Part shown: positions 8,904 through 18,953 of the stretch, piece after piece
Layout: each line of letters starts with the position of its first letter
How positions within the stretch are numbered: the stretch's first letter is position 1
DNA from: a virus
Taxonomy: Duplodnaviria > Caudoviricetes
Length of the DNA: 64,000 nucleotides
Strand: one strand, 5' to 3'
Virus record (IMG/VR): IMGVR_UViG_3300027804_000001
Span: 64,001 to 128,000 of that record
Made by a program: the position numbers and the translations under genes
The notes under the pieces: generated by a model
Seen by the model: only the letters and a program-made list of their open reading frames with translations
What the model was told of the DNA's origin: nothing
Databases searched by the model: none

Positions 8904-10633
8904 ATAGTATCAATTAATTTCCAGTTTCTTTCACCATACCAATCATAAGTATGATAAATCTGAGTATTTCTCTTTTTTTCAAATATCAATTCACCGTTTT
9001 TTTCACTGTTAAAATGATAAACAACGTCATTTATTTTAAATTCGTGATCTAAAAATTCAACATTATTATTTTGGTTCCAATCGTAGGTTAAGATTATCAA
9101 ATTATCATTCATTTCATGAATTGTGTATGATAAATCAACCTCTTTCTCTTTAAATTCGATGTTTAATGAATTTGATTTTAATAAAACACCATCACCAATC
9201 TTAACTGTCTTTCTTCCAGGATAATTTTTTAAATAATCATTTATTTGGCCACCACTGCAAAAATTATACTTCAAATTATCACCAATATAATTTGAAACAT
9301 CATTATTATTTACTTTAATACCACTCTTTGCAACGGACAATCCAACTAAATTACCCTCACCCAATCCTATTCTTTGAGAATTATTTTTTATTTCAAATTC
9401 ATCTAAAACAGATGATAGTTTTTTCCAAGTATCCAATAATATCTCTTCTTTACCCTCATCTTTACAAATTATAATAATACCTTCTTGGTAATGATATGCA
9501 TCCTCAATTGGTATGTTTAATTCTTTTGATGTTTGAAGTGCCAATTCACCATATCCTTTTACTCTTACGGATATATCTGTACTCTCAAAAAAACCACTAT
9601 CCCTTCTTGTTAATTTACCCCAATCCCATGATGGATGAAATCCAGGTTCAACTATTCTTAAAAAATTCGAATAACAGTTTTTATAGTCTTTATAAAAAAT
9701 TCTACTATCTGAATCAATATAAACAACACAATCTTCTATTTTAAAACCTTCTTCAAAACAAATTATTTTGTCATTATAAGTAAACCTCTTATTTGGATAT
9801 TCACTTATGATAACATTAGGTAATTGTTCATATAATTCTTTTTTATCTGTTACAACTAAAATTTTTTGTTTGAAATAATTTAAATCACAACATAATTTAA
9901 GTGCATTTTTATTCGCGTTTTCACCTACCGCAATTGTTGAAATTATATAGTTCTGTTTTTTGTATTCTTTTTTACAACTATTGTTTCCTTGAATATCGGT
10001 TACAAATGAATTTTTAACTTGTACAATTTTTTGATTTGAAACAAAAACATTTAAACTTTTACACTTTGTATAAATGGCGGTATCGATTTGATTATCGATG
10101 TCTTTTAAAGTCTCTAATAGTCTTGTTGCACCTTTTGGTGAAATAATTAATGAAGGTAAACATGTAATCATTCCTTTTGGAATAGATAAATTTTCTGAAT
10201 ATGATTCCTTTTCTATTTTAGTATCACCATAACCTAAATAACAAAAATCGAAATCACTTGGTAATTCTTCTAATATCTTTTCTAAATGAGAATCAAAATT
10301 ATCATCAATTATTACATCGTCTTCAAATGTGATTGCGGGTGAATCTAATGTTTCTATTAATTCGAATAGTTTGATATAACTTAACAGAACACCTAATCCT
10401 CCTTGAGTTAATGAAAGACCCCATGCTGTTATTGTCTCCATTAAAATATCATCGATAGCATTATTAGACAATAAACCTTTCTGAACACTTCTCGGATGAA
10501 TTTTGTAACCATTTATGGCATCAAATCTTTTATAGATATTTTTTAAATGGTTACTTTTTTTTAATTCATCTTCTATAAATTTTTTTCTATCCTCTCTTCT
10601 TTCTAAATTAATATAAAAACAATGTTTAATCAT
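8900..10633 (-). CDS. GT25 (LPS biosynthesis-type) glycosyltransferase fused to a second GT-A domain
   Basis: FYINLERREDRK, RFDAING, FEDD and ID motifs of GT25; second domain has VYIDSDSR. Confidence 0.75.
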   Translation of the reverse strand: MIKHCFYINLERREDRKKFIEDELKKSNHLKNIYKRFDAINGYKIHPRSVQKGLLSNNAIDDILMETITAWGLSLTQGGLGVLLSYIKLFELIETLDSPAITFEDDVIIDDNFDSHLEKILEELPSDFDFCYLGYGDTKIEKESYSENLSIPKGMITCLPSLIISPKGATRLLETLKDIDNQIDTAIYTKCKSLNVFVSNQKIVQVKNSFVTDIQGNNSCKKEYKKQNYIISTIAVGENANKNALKLCCDLNYFKQKILVVTDKKELYEQLPNVIISEYPNKRFTYNDKIICFEEGFKIEDCVVYIDSDSRIFYKDYKNCYSNFLRIVEPGFHPSWDWGKLTRRDSGFFESTDISVRVKGYGELALQTSKELNIPIEDAYHYQEGIIIICKDEGKEEILLDTWKKLSSVLDEFEIKNNSQRIGLGEGNLVGLSVAKSGIKVNNNDVSNYIGDNLKYNFCSGGQINDYLKNYPGRKTVKIGDGVLLKSNSLNIEFKEKEVDLSYTIHEMNDNLIILTYDWNQNNNVEFLDHEFKINDVVYHFNSEKNGELIFEKKRNTQIYHTYDWYGERNWKLIDTI

Positions 10634-10634
10634 T

Positions 10635-11915
10635 TTATAAATTTCCTGTTAATCTTTCACACCATCCTTTTGATGTACTAAATGGCCATACCACCCAATA
10701 CTTTGGTTTATTTTCCACTTGGAATTCTCTCCATAATTTTCCGTAACCATCCGGGTCGTTCATTATTCTGTTAATTTCATGAATATCCGCATCTTTTCTA
10801 TGAATTGTTTCGTCTTTTTCATCATGAAAGGCAACAACCCAAAACTCATAATCCTTCTCAGGTACTTTTGAATAATGAATATCAATACAATGTTTGAAAA
10901 TTTTTAAGAAGGATGATTCAAACTCTTCACCATACAATGGTGGGTTAGGTGCTAAGTTATTATCTTGTGTATATTTTTGAATTGCTCTTTTCTTAAAAGA
11001 AAGACCTGAATAACGTTCGTAATCCTCTAATGTTCTAACTTTTCCAAAATCATATACACCGAAATCAATATCTTTAACTTCACCATCCATTTCAAATAAT
11101 TTTCTATTTCTTAAATGACATCTATTGTTTCGATTTACCCATACAGGGTCATCATCCCATTGTTTCTTTCTACCTTTTCTTGTATACTCGTGCCAAACAA
11201 CTATTTTATGAGGATGAAATAAATCATAACCCCAAGTATAGGCCCTTACTGCAATTGAAATTTCTTCTCCGTGAAAATAATATTCAGGGTCGTGCGGAAC
11301 CTCCAAACAAAATTGACCTAAGGTAAAACAAAAATGTGCGGAATAAAATCTTGCCGGTAATGGTTCCGTTCTTTCTTTAAAATCGTCAATTGCTGCAGGT
11401 AAAAAAAACACCGCACCTTCAGGAATAAATCTATCAAAATTCATTTTCCAAGGAACCATATTTCTACCTGCCGGGTCTTTATCGGGATCAAAAGATGAAA
11501 CGTAACCAGTTAACAAAGGTTTTTCGTGTCCCTTGTCTTGTAATTGTTTAATCATGTTAATCAATTCTTCGTCCCAATTTTTAATAAATCGATGATGTGA
11601 ATCTAATTGTAAGGTAAATTCTTCCCCATCATAATTTTGTTGTAATAAATTTCTTGCCCAACAAGCACCCTTAGAATCCTTATAATTGATATCCACGATT
11701 TTAAATCTTGGGTCATCTTTAAAATTGTTTAAATTATCCCATGTATCTTCGTCTGAGTGTTGCCAAGCAATTGAAAAAACTAAGTTTTCAGGATATTTTG
11801 CATTTAATAAACAATCTTTTATTGTTGGAATTAATTGTGGGTCTCTATATGAGGCAATTTGGATAAAGATTTTATTTTCTTTCATGTTTAATTTAATTAT
11901 TGAATAATATAACAT
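10635..11915 (-). CDS. GlcNAc transferase (GT60/Skp1 GlcNAc-transferase-like)
   Basis: IFIQIASYRDPQL, GACWAR, LQLDSHHRF and FHGEEISIAVRAYTWGYD motifs. Confidence 0.8.
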   Translation of the reverse strand: MLYYSIIKLNMKENKIFIQIASYRDPQLIPTIKDCLLNAKYPENLVFSIAWQHSDEDTWDNLNNFKDDPRFKIVDINYKDSKGACWARNLLQQNYDGEEFTLQLDSHHRFIKNWDEELINMIKQLQDKGHEKPLLTGYVSSFDPDKDPAGRNMVPWKMNFDRFIPEGAVFFLPAAIDDFKERTEPLPARFYSAHFCFTLGQFCLEVPHDPEYYFHGEEISIAVRAYTWGYDLFHPHKIVVWHEYTRKGRKKQWDDDPVWVNRNNRCHLRNRKLFEMDGEVKDIDFGVYDFGKVRTLEDYERYSGLSFKKRAIQKYTQDNNLAPNPPLYGEEFESSFLKIFKHCIDIHYSKVPEKDYEFWVVAFHDEKDETIHRKDADIHEINRIMNDPDGYGKLWREFQVENKPKYWVVWPFSTSKGWCERLTGNL

Positions 11916-12001
11916 TAAATAAAAAGACTTTAAACCATTATAAGATGATTTTTTTTTATGGTTTTTTTTTCGTATAATATTAAAAAAGATGTTTTAATAT
12001 T

Positions 12002-12364
12002 ATGGCCAAAGTCTACCAACCGATTGTAATTGAAGAAACCGAGAATATTTTACTGGGTTTAATTGAATCAAAGTTTTTTGAGGATTATGATATAACAAAT
12101 TTAACTTTTGCAAGAGAATATATTTTAGAATTAATGAATGAAAAATATATTTCAGGACTTTTGGATGGAGATGATGAAAATGATGAAATCTTCACTGAAG
12201 AAGAGTTTACAAAAGTACTACAAGAACTAGTTGCGGGTAGTGTTTTATATGAATTAAAAGAAAGTGGGTATGTTAATTCATATAAAGATGATGATACCGA
12301 AGAAATGTTCTTTTTAACTAAAAAAGGTAAGAAATATTTGAAAAACGATAAGAGTGAAGAATAA
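12002..12364 (+). CDS. Acidic protein with winged-helix-like C-terminus
   Basis: LYELKESGYV...FFLTKKGKKYL wing motif. Confidence 0.5.
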   Translation: MAKVYQPIVIEETENILLGLIESKFFEDYDITNLTFAREYILELMNEKYISGLLDGDDENDEIFTEEEFTKVLQELVAGSVLYELKESGYVNSYKDDDTEEMFFLTKKGKKYLKNDKSEE

Positions 12365-13123
12365 TTAATCCAAATTAAACGTGTCGTTAAATTTTTTATC
12401 TGAATTTTTATAAGATTTTTGTGTTTCATCATTAGCATTCATAGTATATTGCCAATTCCAACACAATTCATCTCTTACATCAAATCCAAAGAACGATAAA
12501 ACTTGTTTTTGTGTCTTAATTACTTCCCTACCATTCCAATTTTGACCAATTGCAATTAAACCACAAGAAACTTTTTCTAAAATATTAGATTCACCGAGAG
12601 TTGTGTGTCTATTTTCTAACCATGTTAATCTTTCTATAAGATTTTGGTATTGTGCGTTCATTTGACCCCATCTTATGGATCCAAAAAACACAACCGCATC
12701 AGATTCAAACAGTTCTTTAGAAATTTTCCACAGTTCATCATCAGGATTGTTAATACTTCTCCAACATCTGTGGTTACCAGTCGGGTTTTTTTCTTTATCC
12801 TTCAATGAAGCCTTTTTCACACCACATGAATTACCATCAACATGTGAAACATTACCCTCACAATGATGAATTTGTAGTTTTATCGTCTCAAAAAGGGTAC
12901 ATTTCGATTTACCCAAGTACGATTGAATGGCCTTAGCTAATTTTGTTGATTTTGGTTCCTCTTTTAACTCTTTCATTGCCCATTCACCCCTGTTTGAGGT
13001 TGTTATGAACAACACTTTTTCTTTACCTTCAAGAAACTTAACAGTTTTAACAAGATTCTTATAACTTGGGTCATCTTTTTTAAGATTTGGGTCAATTTCC
13101 TCTAAAAGTTGGGTTAGTTCCAT
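12365..13123 (-). CDS. NAD(P)H-dependent FMN reductase / flavodoxin-like (iron-sulfur flavoprotein family)
   Basis: VLFITTSNR, Cys cluster HCEG..C..C, ELFESDAVVFFGSIRWGQMNA...LIERL. Confidence 0.75.
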   Translation of the reverse strand: MELTQLLEEIDPNLKKDDPSYKNLVKTVKFLEGKEKVLFITTSNRGEWAMKELKEEPKSTKLAKAIQSYLGKSKCTLFETIKLQIHHCEGNVSHVDGNSCGVKKASLKDKEKNPTGNHRCWRSINNPDDELWKISKELFESDAVVFFGSIRWGQMNAQYQNLIERLTWLENRHTTLGESNILEKVSCGLIAIGQNWNGREVIKTQKQVLSFFGFDVRDELCWNWQYTMNANDETQKSYKNSDKKFNDTFNLD

Positions 13124-13452
13124 TATTTTTTCTTTTCTTCAACTTGTTGAGTATAAATGTTTCTCTTATACTGTCTTATTTTATCTTTGAGTTGGGATAA
13201 CAATTTCTGTGCACCCGCTAAATTACTTGAAATTCCCGTAATTCTACCATTTGACACCCCTTTTAATCCACCGGGTATAGAATCTTCTAATTTCCTGAAT
13301 TCTCTAATTGTGTCATTAAGAGAATTTTGTAATTCCTCTATTTTAAATTGAACACGATTAAATTCTTCTCTCTTAACCTTATTGGTTTCTTCGGTTAGAA
13401 TTTTGGTTATCACCTCTTTTACTATGTTTTCAGAAATTATTTTGTTTTCCAT
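13123..13452 (-). CDS. Coiled-coil protein with leader-like N-terminus
   Basis: 109 aa; TATAAATA at 13458-13465. Confidence 0.7.
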   Translation of the reverse strand: MENKIISENIVKEVITKILTEETNKVKREEFNRVQFKIEELQNSLNDTIREFRKLEDSIPGGLKGVSNGRITGISSNLAGAQKLLSQLKDKIRQYKRNIYTQQVEEKKK

Positions 13453-13532
13453 ACTAATATAAATACTTTTTTCTTTATTAATTTTTTAATTTATAGATTT
13501 TTTCTTATATTTTATAGTGAAACTTAGAAACC

Positions 13533-14582
13533 ATGAGTGATATTTTTGAAACGTTGTTCGATTTTGATGATATTCTGATTGAACCTAGTATTTTATCTAA
13601 AATCAGTTCAAGAAGTGAGGTTAACCCAAGAAACGTTTGGGGTAACTTACCATTAATGACCGCACCAATGGATACGGTTGTTAGTGAGAATAATTTTCAC
13701 CTCTTTAAAAAAGAGGGTATACTACCCGTATTACCCAGAATACAGAATCCATCCAATGATTGGGTGGATGTTAATATATTTCTATCATATAGTTTACAAG
13801 ATTTCGAAAAAATCTTTTTAAAAGATAAAGTCCGTGTTAACGACGGTGATAGGATAATGGCATTGATTGATGTTGCAAACGGACATATGGAAATTCTACA
13901 TGATTTAGCAAAACAAGCTAAAAAAATGTATGGTTATTCGATGTGTTTAATGGTTGGTAATGTGGCAAACCCCAAAACATTTCAAGAATATTGTAAAATT
14001 GGTGTTGATTTGGTAAGAATAGGTATTGGTAATGGTAATGGTTGTTTAACCACAGTCCAAACGGGTGTTGGATACCCTATGGCGTCATTAATTGAAGAAT
14101 GTAATGAAATAAGAACCATTAACAATTATAGAACTGAAATTGTTGCTGATGGTGGGTTTAAGAAATTTTCCGATATTATTAAAGGTCTCGCACTTGGTGC
14201 AGATTATATTATGATAGGTTCAATATTAAACAAGTGTTTGGAAAGTGCGGGTGAGACAACAAAAGAAGATGGTACGATAATCAATCAATTCTCACCTGAA
14301 ACAAAAGACATGTTCCACGTGGAAATCCCCCTTTATAAAACATTTAGAGGTATGAGTACTAAAGAAGTTCAAAAAGCGTGGGGTAAAGGAGATTTAACGA
14401 CCTCTGAGGGGGTTATCAGAAGAAATAAGGTAGAATATACCTTATCGGGTTGGGTTAAGAATTTTGAGGATTATTTACGTTCTGCAATGAGTTATACAGG
14501 AAAAAAAGAACTCCACCGTTTTATTGGTGGAGTAGATTTTAATTTAATAACTCAAAATTCTTTTAGAAGGTTTGATAAGTAA
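13533..14582 (+). CDS. GMP reductase / IMP dehydrogenase family (no CBS subdomain)
   Basis: PLMTAPMDTV, IDVANGH, VGNV, RIGIGNGNGCLT (catalytic Cys loop), IVADGG, GADYIMIGS, FRGMS, LRSAMSYTG. Confidence 0.9.
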   Translation: MSDIFETLFDFDDILIEPSILSKISSRSEVNPRNVWGNLPLMTAPMDTVVSENNFHLFKKEGILPVLPRIQNPSNDWVDVNIFLSYSLQDFEKIFLKDKVRVNDGDRIMALIDVANGHMEILHDLAKQAKKMYGYSMCLMVGNVANPKTFQEYCKIGVDLVRIGIGNGNGCLTTVQTGVGYPMASLIEECNEIRTINNYRTEIVADGGFKKFSDIIKGLALGADYIMIGSILNKCLESAGETTKEDGTIINQFSPETKDMFHVEIPLYKTFRGMSTKEVQKAWGKGDLTTSEGVIRRNKVEYTLSGWVKNFEDYLRSAMSYTGKKELHRFIGGVDFNLITQNSFRRFDK

Positions 14583-14810
14583 TTAATCTAATCCAAATTC
14601 CTGTTCTTCGGATCCTGTTAATTCACCATCTCTTTTCATACCGTCTTTAATATATGTTCTAATCAATTTAGATACGTCTACCTTTTTGTGTTGTGCAACC
14701 TTCTCAATCTCCTTATAATAAGCAGGAACAACTCTAAATGTTAACATTTTAATAAGTTGTTTGTGTTTAGGTTTATCTGATTCGAATTTTTCGTCTATAT
14801 TGATGTCCAT
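14583..14810 (-). CDS. Ribbon-helix-helix DNA-binding protein
   Basis: KMLTFRV-(helix)-VDVSKLIRTYI pattern of CopG/RHH. Confidence 0.6.
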   Translation of the reverse strand: MDINIDEKFESDKPKHKQLIKMLTFRVVPAYYKEIEKVAQHKKVDVSKLIRTYIKDGMKRDGELTGSEEQEFGLD

Positions 14811-14883
14811 CTTTTAAATTTTATATATAAATATTTGGTAAACCCAAATAAATTAGGTATATTATAATATAAATACAAGAATT

Positions 14884-15237
14884 ATGTCAGAAGAAAAACA
14901 AAAGTCAGCAATCAAGCAATGTGAGGAAATGTATCCCGAAACCACGGCGGAGTTTAAAAAGATTCTTAATGAAATGTATGACACGTTTTGTAAAAAACAA
15001 TTAAACTATGGTCCGGATAACATATCTGTAGGAACTAAATTATCAACACCAGAAGAGGTGAAACTATCCCAAACGGGGTTGTGGTTCAGAATGAATGATA
15101 AAATACAAAGATTAAAACAATTGGTGTTATTGAGTCGACAAGATACTGTCGGTGAAAGTGTTGAAGACACTTACCAAGACTTGTCGGTATATAACGTCAT
15201 AGCCATGATTGTTATAAGAGGTAAATGGGCTAAGTAA
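14884..15237 (+). CDS. DUF1599 / nucleotide-modification-associated domain 1 (Nmad1)
   Basis: KKQLNYG...FRMNDKIQRL...ESVEDTYQDLSVYNVIAM, an all-alpha NTP-pyrophosphatase-like signature. Confidence 0.75.
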   Translation: MSEEKQKSAIKQCEEMYPETTAEFKKILNEMYDTFCKKQLNYGPDNISVGTKLSTPEEVKLSQTGLWFRMNDKIQRLKQLVLLSRQDTVGESVEDTYQDLSVYNVIAMIVIRGKWAK

Positions 15238-15258
15238 TATATAAGTATATATGTTTTA

Positions 15259-15285
15259 ATGGGGGCCCAATGCCCCCATTTTTTT
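15259..15285 (+). terminator. Intrinsic terminator
   Basis: ATGGGGGC-CCAAT-GCCCCCAT followed by a T-run. Confidence 0.7.
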
Positions 15286-15322
15286 ACACAATTTTTTTTG
15301 AAATATTTATAATAAAAACGAG

Positions 15323-15679
15323 ATGAAAATAGACATAAACCACCCATCATTCGTCAATTTTATTGAGAATGTAATCAGCAACATTACAACTAATGTTCAT
15401 GTTGAGAAGTATTTTAGTTTATCAAAAGAACAAAAACTCAGTGAACAACTAAAGGTTTTTAAAATAATGAATAACTCCTTAAGGAGTGGTATAAAACTTA
15501 ATGAACCTGAATATAAAAGTTTTATAACCGTATTGTGGAAAAGAAGTGAAGAAAATGAAAAATATGAATTATCTGCAATTTTAAAAGATGCAATAGACAA
15601 TTTTGATGGATTATATGATGTTATAAAACCAATAAAAAAGATAACAAGAAAAATAAAGACTAGTAATAACAATGAATAG
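15323..15679 (+). CDS. Hypothetical protein with UVR-like motif
   Basis: 118 aa; TATTTAT upstream; EENEKYELSAILK. Confidence 0.65.
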   Translation: MKIDINHPSFVNFIENVISNITTNVHVEKYFSLSKEQKLSEQLKVFKIMNNSLRSGIKLNEPEYKSFITVLWKRSEENEKYELSAILKDAIDNFDGLYDVIKPIKKITRKIKTSNNNE

Positions 15680-16067
15680 TAAAATCATTGACGTAAAGAC
15701 AAAGAAAAAATTATATAACCTATCAATTAGGTGGTGTAAGGACTTTTTTGGTGTCAATGAAAGAAAAAGAACAAAACTTAAAGTTATCTTTAGTAAAAGA
15801 AGAAGAAAAATAAAAAATTCAATGGTTTTTGGTAACTACTGTTTTTATAGAAATCGTATAACAATTTATTTACCCCATTGTAATACAATTGAAGAAGTTG
15901 TATCAACAACAATACACGAATACACACATTATCTGCAATCGAGATTAAAATACAAACAATACGAACAGTATCATTATTATTCTACACATCCTTATGAAAA
16001 AGAAGCCAGAAGAAACGAAGAAAGATATACACAACTTTGTTTAAAAGAAATTAAGAATTTACTATAA
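15672..16067 (+). CDS. SprT-like HEXXH metallopeptidase
   Basis: TTIHEYTHYLQ...HPYEKEAR. Confidence 0.65.
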   Translation: MNSKIIDVKTKKKLYNLSIRWCKDFFGVNERKRTKLKVIFSKRRRKIKNSMVFGNYCFYRNRITIYLPHCNTIEEVVSTTIHEYTHYLQSRLKYKQYEQYHYYSTHPYEKEARRNEERYTQLCLKEIKNLL

Positions 16068-16260
16068 TAGCGTCACTAATCTCCCTTAAAAATAACAAAT
16101 AGTCTTCCTCAGATTTATATTTGCCTCTTATTACAATATCACAGTGCCATAACTGTTTAACGTCTGAGACATACTCCGATTTAATTTGATCAGGTTTAAC
16201 TTTTCTATAAATCCAGTATAACTTATTCTGATAATTTACTAATTCCTTATTTAATAACAT
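16051..16260 (-). CDS. Hypothetical protein
   Basis: 69-aa ORF coupled to the upstream nuclease gene. Confidence 0.6.
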   Translation of the reverse strand: MLLNKELVNYQNKLYWIYRKVKPDQIKSEYVSDVKQLWHCDIVIRGKYKSEEDYLLFLREISDAIIVNS

Positions 16261-16865
16261 TATTTTTTGTGGTCGTTTGGTTCACACAACATTTCTAGTT
16301 GTTCCCATTTAAATTTAGGTTTTTCGTTTAAAAAGACGAAGCATCTCCATTTATTCTGTTTCTCAAAATAAATGTGTTTTTGTAGGTGTGAAGGAATCGC
16401 TGCACCGGTTTGTACCTTTTTAACGGGGGCGTCAAAAAATAACTTTACAAGAACTGTTATATTCTCTTGGTCGTCCCATTTTCTAATCTGTTCTTCTAAT
16501 AATCTCCATTCTCCTCTGTTTAGATATTGATCCTGCATTATACAATTTAGATATGAAAATGTTTGTTTTAAATTTTCCATATTATCTGAAAAAGTTGCGG
16601 CTGGTGCACCATGACCTTTATCATAAATGTTTTTGGCGTAATCATCCGCATCAGATGTTTTAATGTTCTTTTCTGTATAAAAGTCCATTGTACCTCTATT
16701 AACATTTGTAGGACGATTTGTTGACCTATATTTAATCCATAAAGGTTGTTCTAACTTCTGAGAATATAATACCTCAAATACATTATTTTTAACTCTAATT
16801 GTGTCCTGTGAAAATGAAGTAAAGCTTATTAATACCCCAATTAATAATGATAGTGTTTTTTTCAT
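16260..16865 (-). CDS. DNA/RNA non-specific endonuclease (NucA/EndA family) with signal peptide
   Basis: YDKGHGAPAA (DRGH motif), TFSYLNCIMQ, LNRGEWRLLEEQIR. Confidence 0.85.
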   Translation of the reverse strand: MKKTLSLLIGVLISFTSFSQDTIRVKNNVFEVLYSQKLEQPLWIKYRSTNRPTNVNRGTMDFYTEKNIKTSDADDYAKNIYDKGHGAPAATFSDNMENLKQTFSYLNCIMQDQYLNRGEWRLLEEQIRKWDDQENITVLVKLFFDAPVKKVQTGAAIPSHLQKHIYFEKQNKWRCFVFLNEKPKFKWEQLEMLCEPNDHKK

Positions 16866-17419
16866 AATTCTATTTTTTTTATATAATTAAATATATCCAA
16901 AGAAGTGTTACCATAAACGTCAAATTCAACAAAAGGTATACTATTAACCAATAATCGTGTTTTAACATCTTTATCAATGTCTTTAGATTCCTGTAGATTT
17001 TGAAATCTCCCGTTTTCATCATAAGTCGTATCATCTCTTCTAAGTAGTATGTTTAAACTGTTATATTTCTTAAATAGTGAAAGTAAAAATTCATCAAAGG
17101 TTTCATCATAAAACATAGACGGGTACTGAGGTTCAGTATTATATCTTGTTTTATACACCATACCCAAAATTATAGGAGAATCAACGATAATATATTTTAC
17201 TTTACCATATAACCGACTTATGTTTCTGTGTTGATTTGCGGTTATGTAAAACTGATCCTTAATTGCTGAATGATTTTCTTCCCATGCAACTATTTTTGGA
17301 AATTCGTATGTCAATTCAACATCAAAATGATGTTTTTTCATAATTGTATATAATCCCGTGGATTGTGTTGACTTACCAATTCCAGGTCCTCCAAAAAAAT
17401 TAATTATTAAACTATCCAT
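16862..17419 (-). CDS. P-loop kinase/ATPase (AAA_28/NadR-like)
   Basis: IINFFGGPGIGKST Walker A; IIVDSPII. Confidence 0.75.
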   Translation of the reverse strand: MDSLIINFFGGPGIGKSTQSTGLYTIMKKHHFDVELTYEFPKIVAWEENHSAIKDQFYITANQHRNISRLYGKVKYIIVDSPIILGMVYKTRYNTEPQYPSMFYDETFDEFLLSLFKKYNSLNILLRRDDTTYDENGRFQNLQESKDIDKDVKTRLLVNSIPFVEFDVYGNTSLDIFNYIKKIEL

Positions 17420-17641
17420 AATTAATTAATATAGATAAAAAAAGGGAGATTTCATATCTCCCATATAATTCTTTTTAAAACTTTATTTTGTCCCCCGACA
17501 ACAAAAATAAATAAGACATCACCTTACGAAAAGGAATTAAAAATGAATGACTATTTGTCAGTAAAAAAAATATTTGAGTTTTCGGGTCGACCATATTGAA
17601 AAACTTTGAAATTTTATTTTTAACAGAGGTATTTATAACAT

Positions 17642-17941
17642 ATGGAAAACATTTATTCGGTTTTAATTACCGCAATTACTGTATTGGGAGGGACGACCGC
17701 CTTTCGTTTTTACGAAAAAAGAGCAATGCGTAAAGAAAGAGATGATGAATTTATTAGACATGACTGTAAAGACAGAATCTCTAAATTAGAGGCATTGTTA
17801 GTTGAATCCTCAAGAGAAAAGGATGATTTAAGAAAAATGGTTTTAGATTTAACCAAGGAAGTTGCAGCTCTAAGTGTTAAAGTTGAATTCTTAACAAAAG
17901 AAAACGAAGAATTACATAAAAAAAGAAGAACAATCAAGTAA
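17642..17941 (+). CDS. Membrane-anchored coiled-coil protein
   Basis: N-terminal TM, C-terminal heptads; TATTTAT upstream. Confidence 0.7.
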   Translation: MENIYSVLITAITVLGGTTAFRFYEKRAMRKERDDEFIRHDCKDRISKLEALLVESSREKDDLRKMVLDLTKEVAALSVKVEFLTKENEELHKKRRTIK

Positions 17942-17942
17942 T

Positions 17943-18296
17943 ATGAAAAAATATATATTCACAGAATCCCAAGTTAGGAAAATCATTGATAATCAAATTT
18001 TAGAACAAACCACAGAAGAGAGGATATTAATAAATGCTGGTTCTGAAGAATTCTTAAACATGAAAAAAATTCAAGGAAAAGATTTAACAGAAAAAATTAA
18101 GAAATATCAAATGTCTATTGGTTGTGATCAAACAGGCCACATGTTGGATAGTATAGAATGTATTAAACAAAAAAACAGAAAAGATTTTATTTTATTGAGG
18201 GATACGATTCGTAAAAACAGGTCCATTTTGGATAAAATTCCTGTCTTTATTGGTAAGTTATTTGGATATAAAGAAGACCCCGAATCAATATTTTAA
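17943..18296 (+). CDS. Protein with MKKYIFTESQ leader
   Basis: 117 aa; shared leader motif. Confidence 0.7.
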   Translation: MKKYIFTESQVRKIIDNQILEQTTEERILINAGSEEFLNMKKIQGKDLTEKIKKYQMSIGCDQTGHMLDSIECIKQKNRKDFILLRDTIRKNRSILDKIPVFIGKLFGYKEDPESIF

Positions 18297-18862
18297 GATT
18301 TATTAACACAATTATCAAAAATTGTAATTATATCATCTTTTGATAATATGTTGTAACATTCCGAATAACCTGAAAAAGACTCTAAAACTGGTCGGTATTT
18401 TTTCACCGACCTTTTTTTATTTAATTTTTCTTTGATTTCATCCTCCAACTTTCCTGCTTCAGGAGTATCAATTCTTCTTAATATTGACTCTAAAATATAA
18501 CCCTCATATCCGTAAGCTTTACTGAATCTTCTCATTATAAATCTTTTAGAAGTGATACCAACCTTAACAAATGTTTTACCTGTTAATTCTTCCTTTATCA
18601 ATACCAAATATAATGATTTTGGTATTTTACTTAATTTTTTCTCTTTTTCTTTTGATTTTTTGTTCAGTTTAGATTGGACGTATTCCCTCAGTTTTTCAAT
18701 CGTTTTAAATTCCTTTAAATCTCTATTGGGGTTTATTATAAATTTTTTTAATCTGTCAATATAAATTGTTTTACCGTTATCAGCAATATATTTGACCCCT
18801 TTTGGGGTTTTTTCCTCATAAACTGAGTAGTAACCTATTTTGAATAATAATTTAGATGACAT
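18293..18862 (-). CDS. GIY-YIG/T5orf172-like nuclease-domain protein
   Basis: LYLV...FVKVGITS..RRF...LEDEI...FSGYSECY. Confidence 0.6.
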   Translation of the reverse strand: MSSKLLFKIGYYSVYEEKTPKGVKYIADNGKTIYIDRLKKFIINPNRDLKEFKTIEKLREYVQSKLNKKSKEKEKKLSKIPKSLYLVLIKEELTGKTFVKVGITSKRFIMRRFSKAYGYEGYILESILRRIDTPEAGKLEDEIKEKLNKKRSVKKYRPVLESFSGYSECYNILSKDDIITIFDNCVNKS

Positions 18863-18953
18863 ATAATGTTATTTTTTTTATATAACTTTTTTTAAAATAT
18901 TTTGGATATCACTTTTAATATACATACATTTGCATTGAAAATAAATCAAAATC

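Noticed and set aside
12085-12438. Antisense ORFs such as 12085..12438, 21581..21871, 50843..51199, 52537..52875 and 54878..55267
   Set aside because: Each lies opposite a better-supported gene and lacks promoter motifs.
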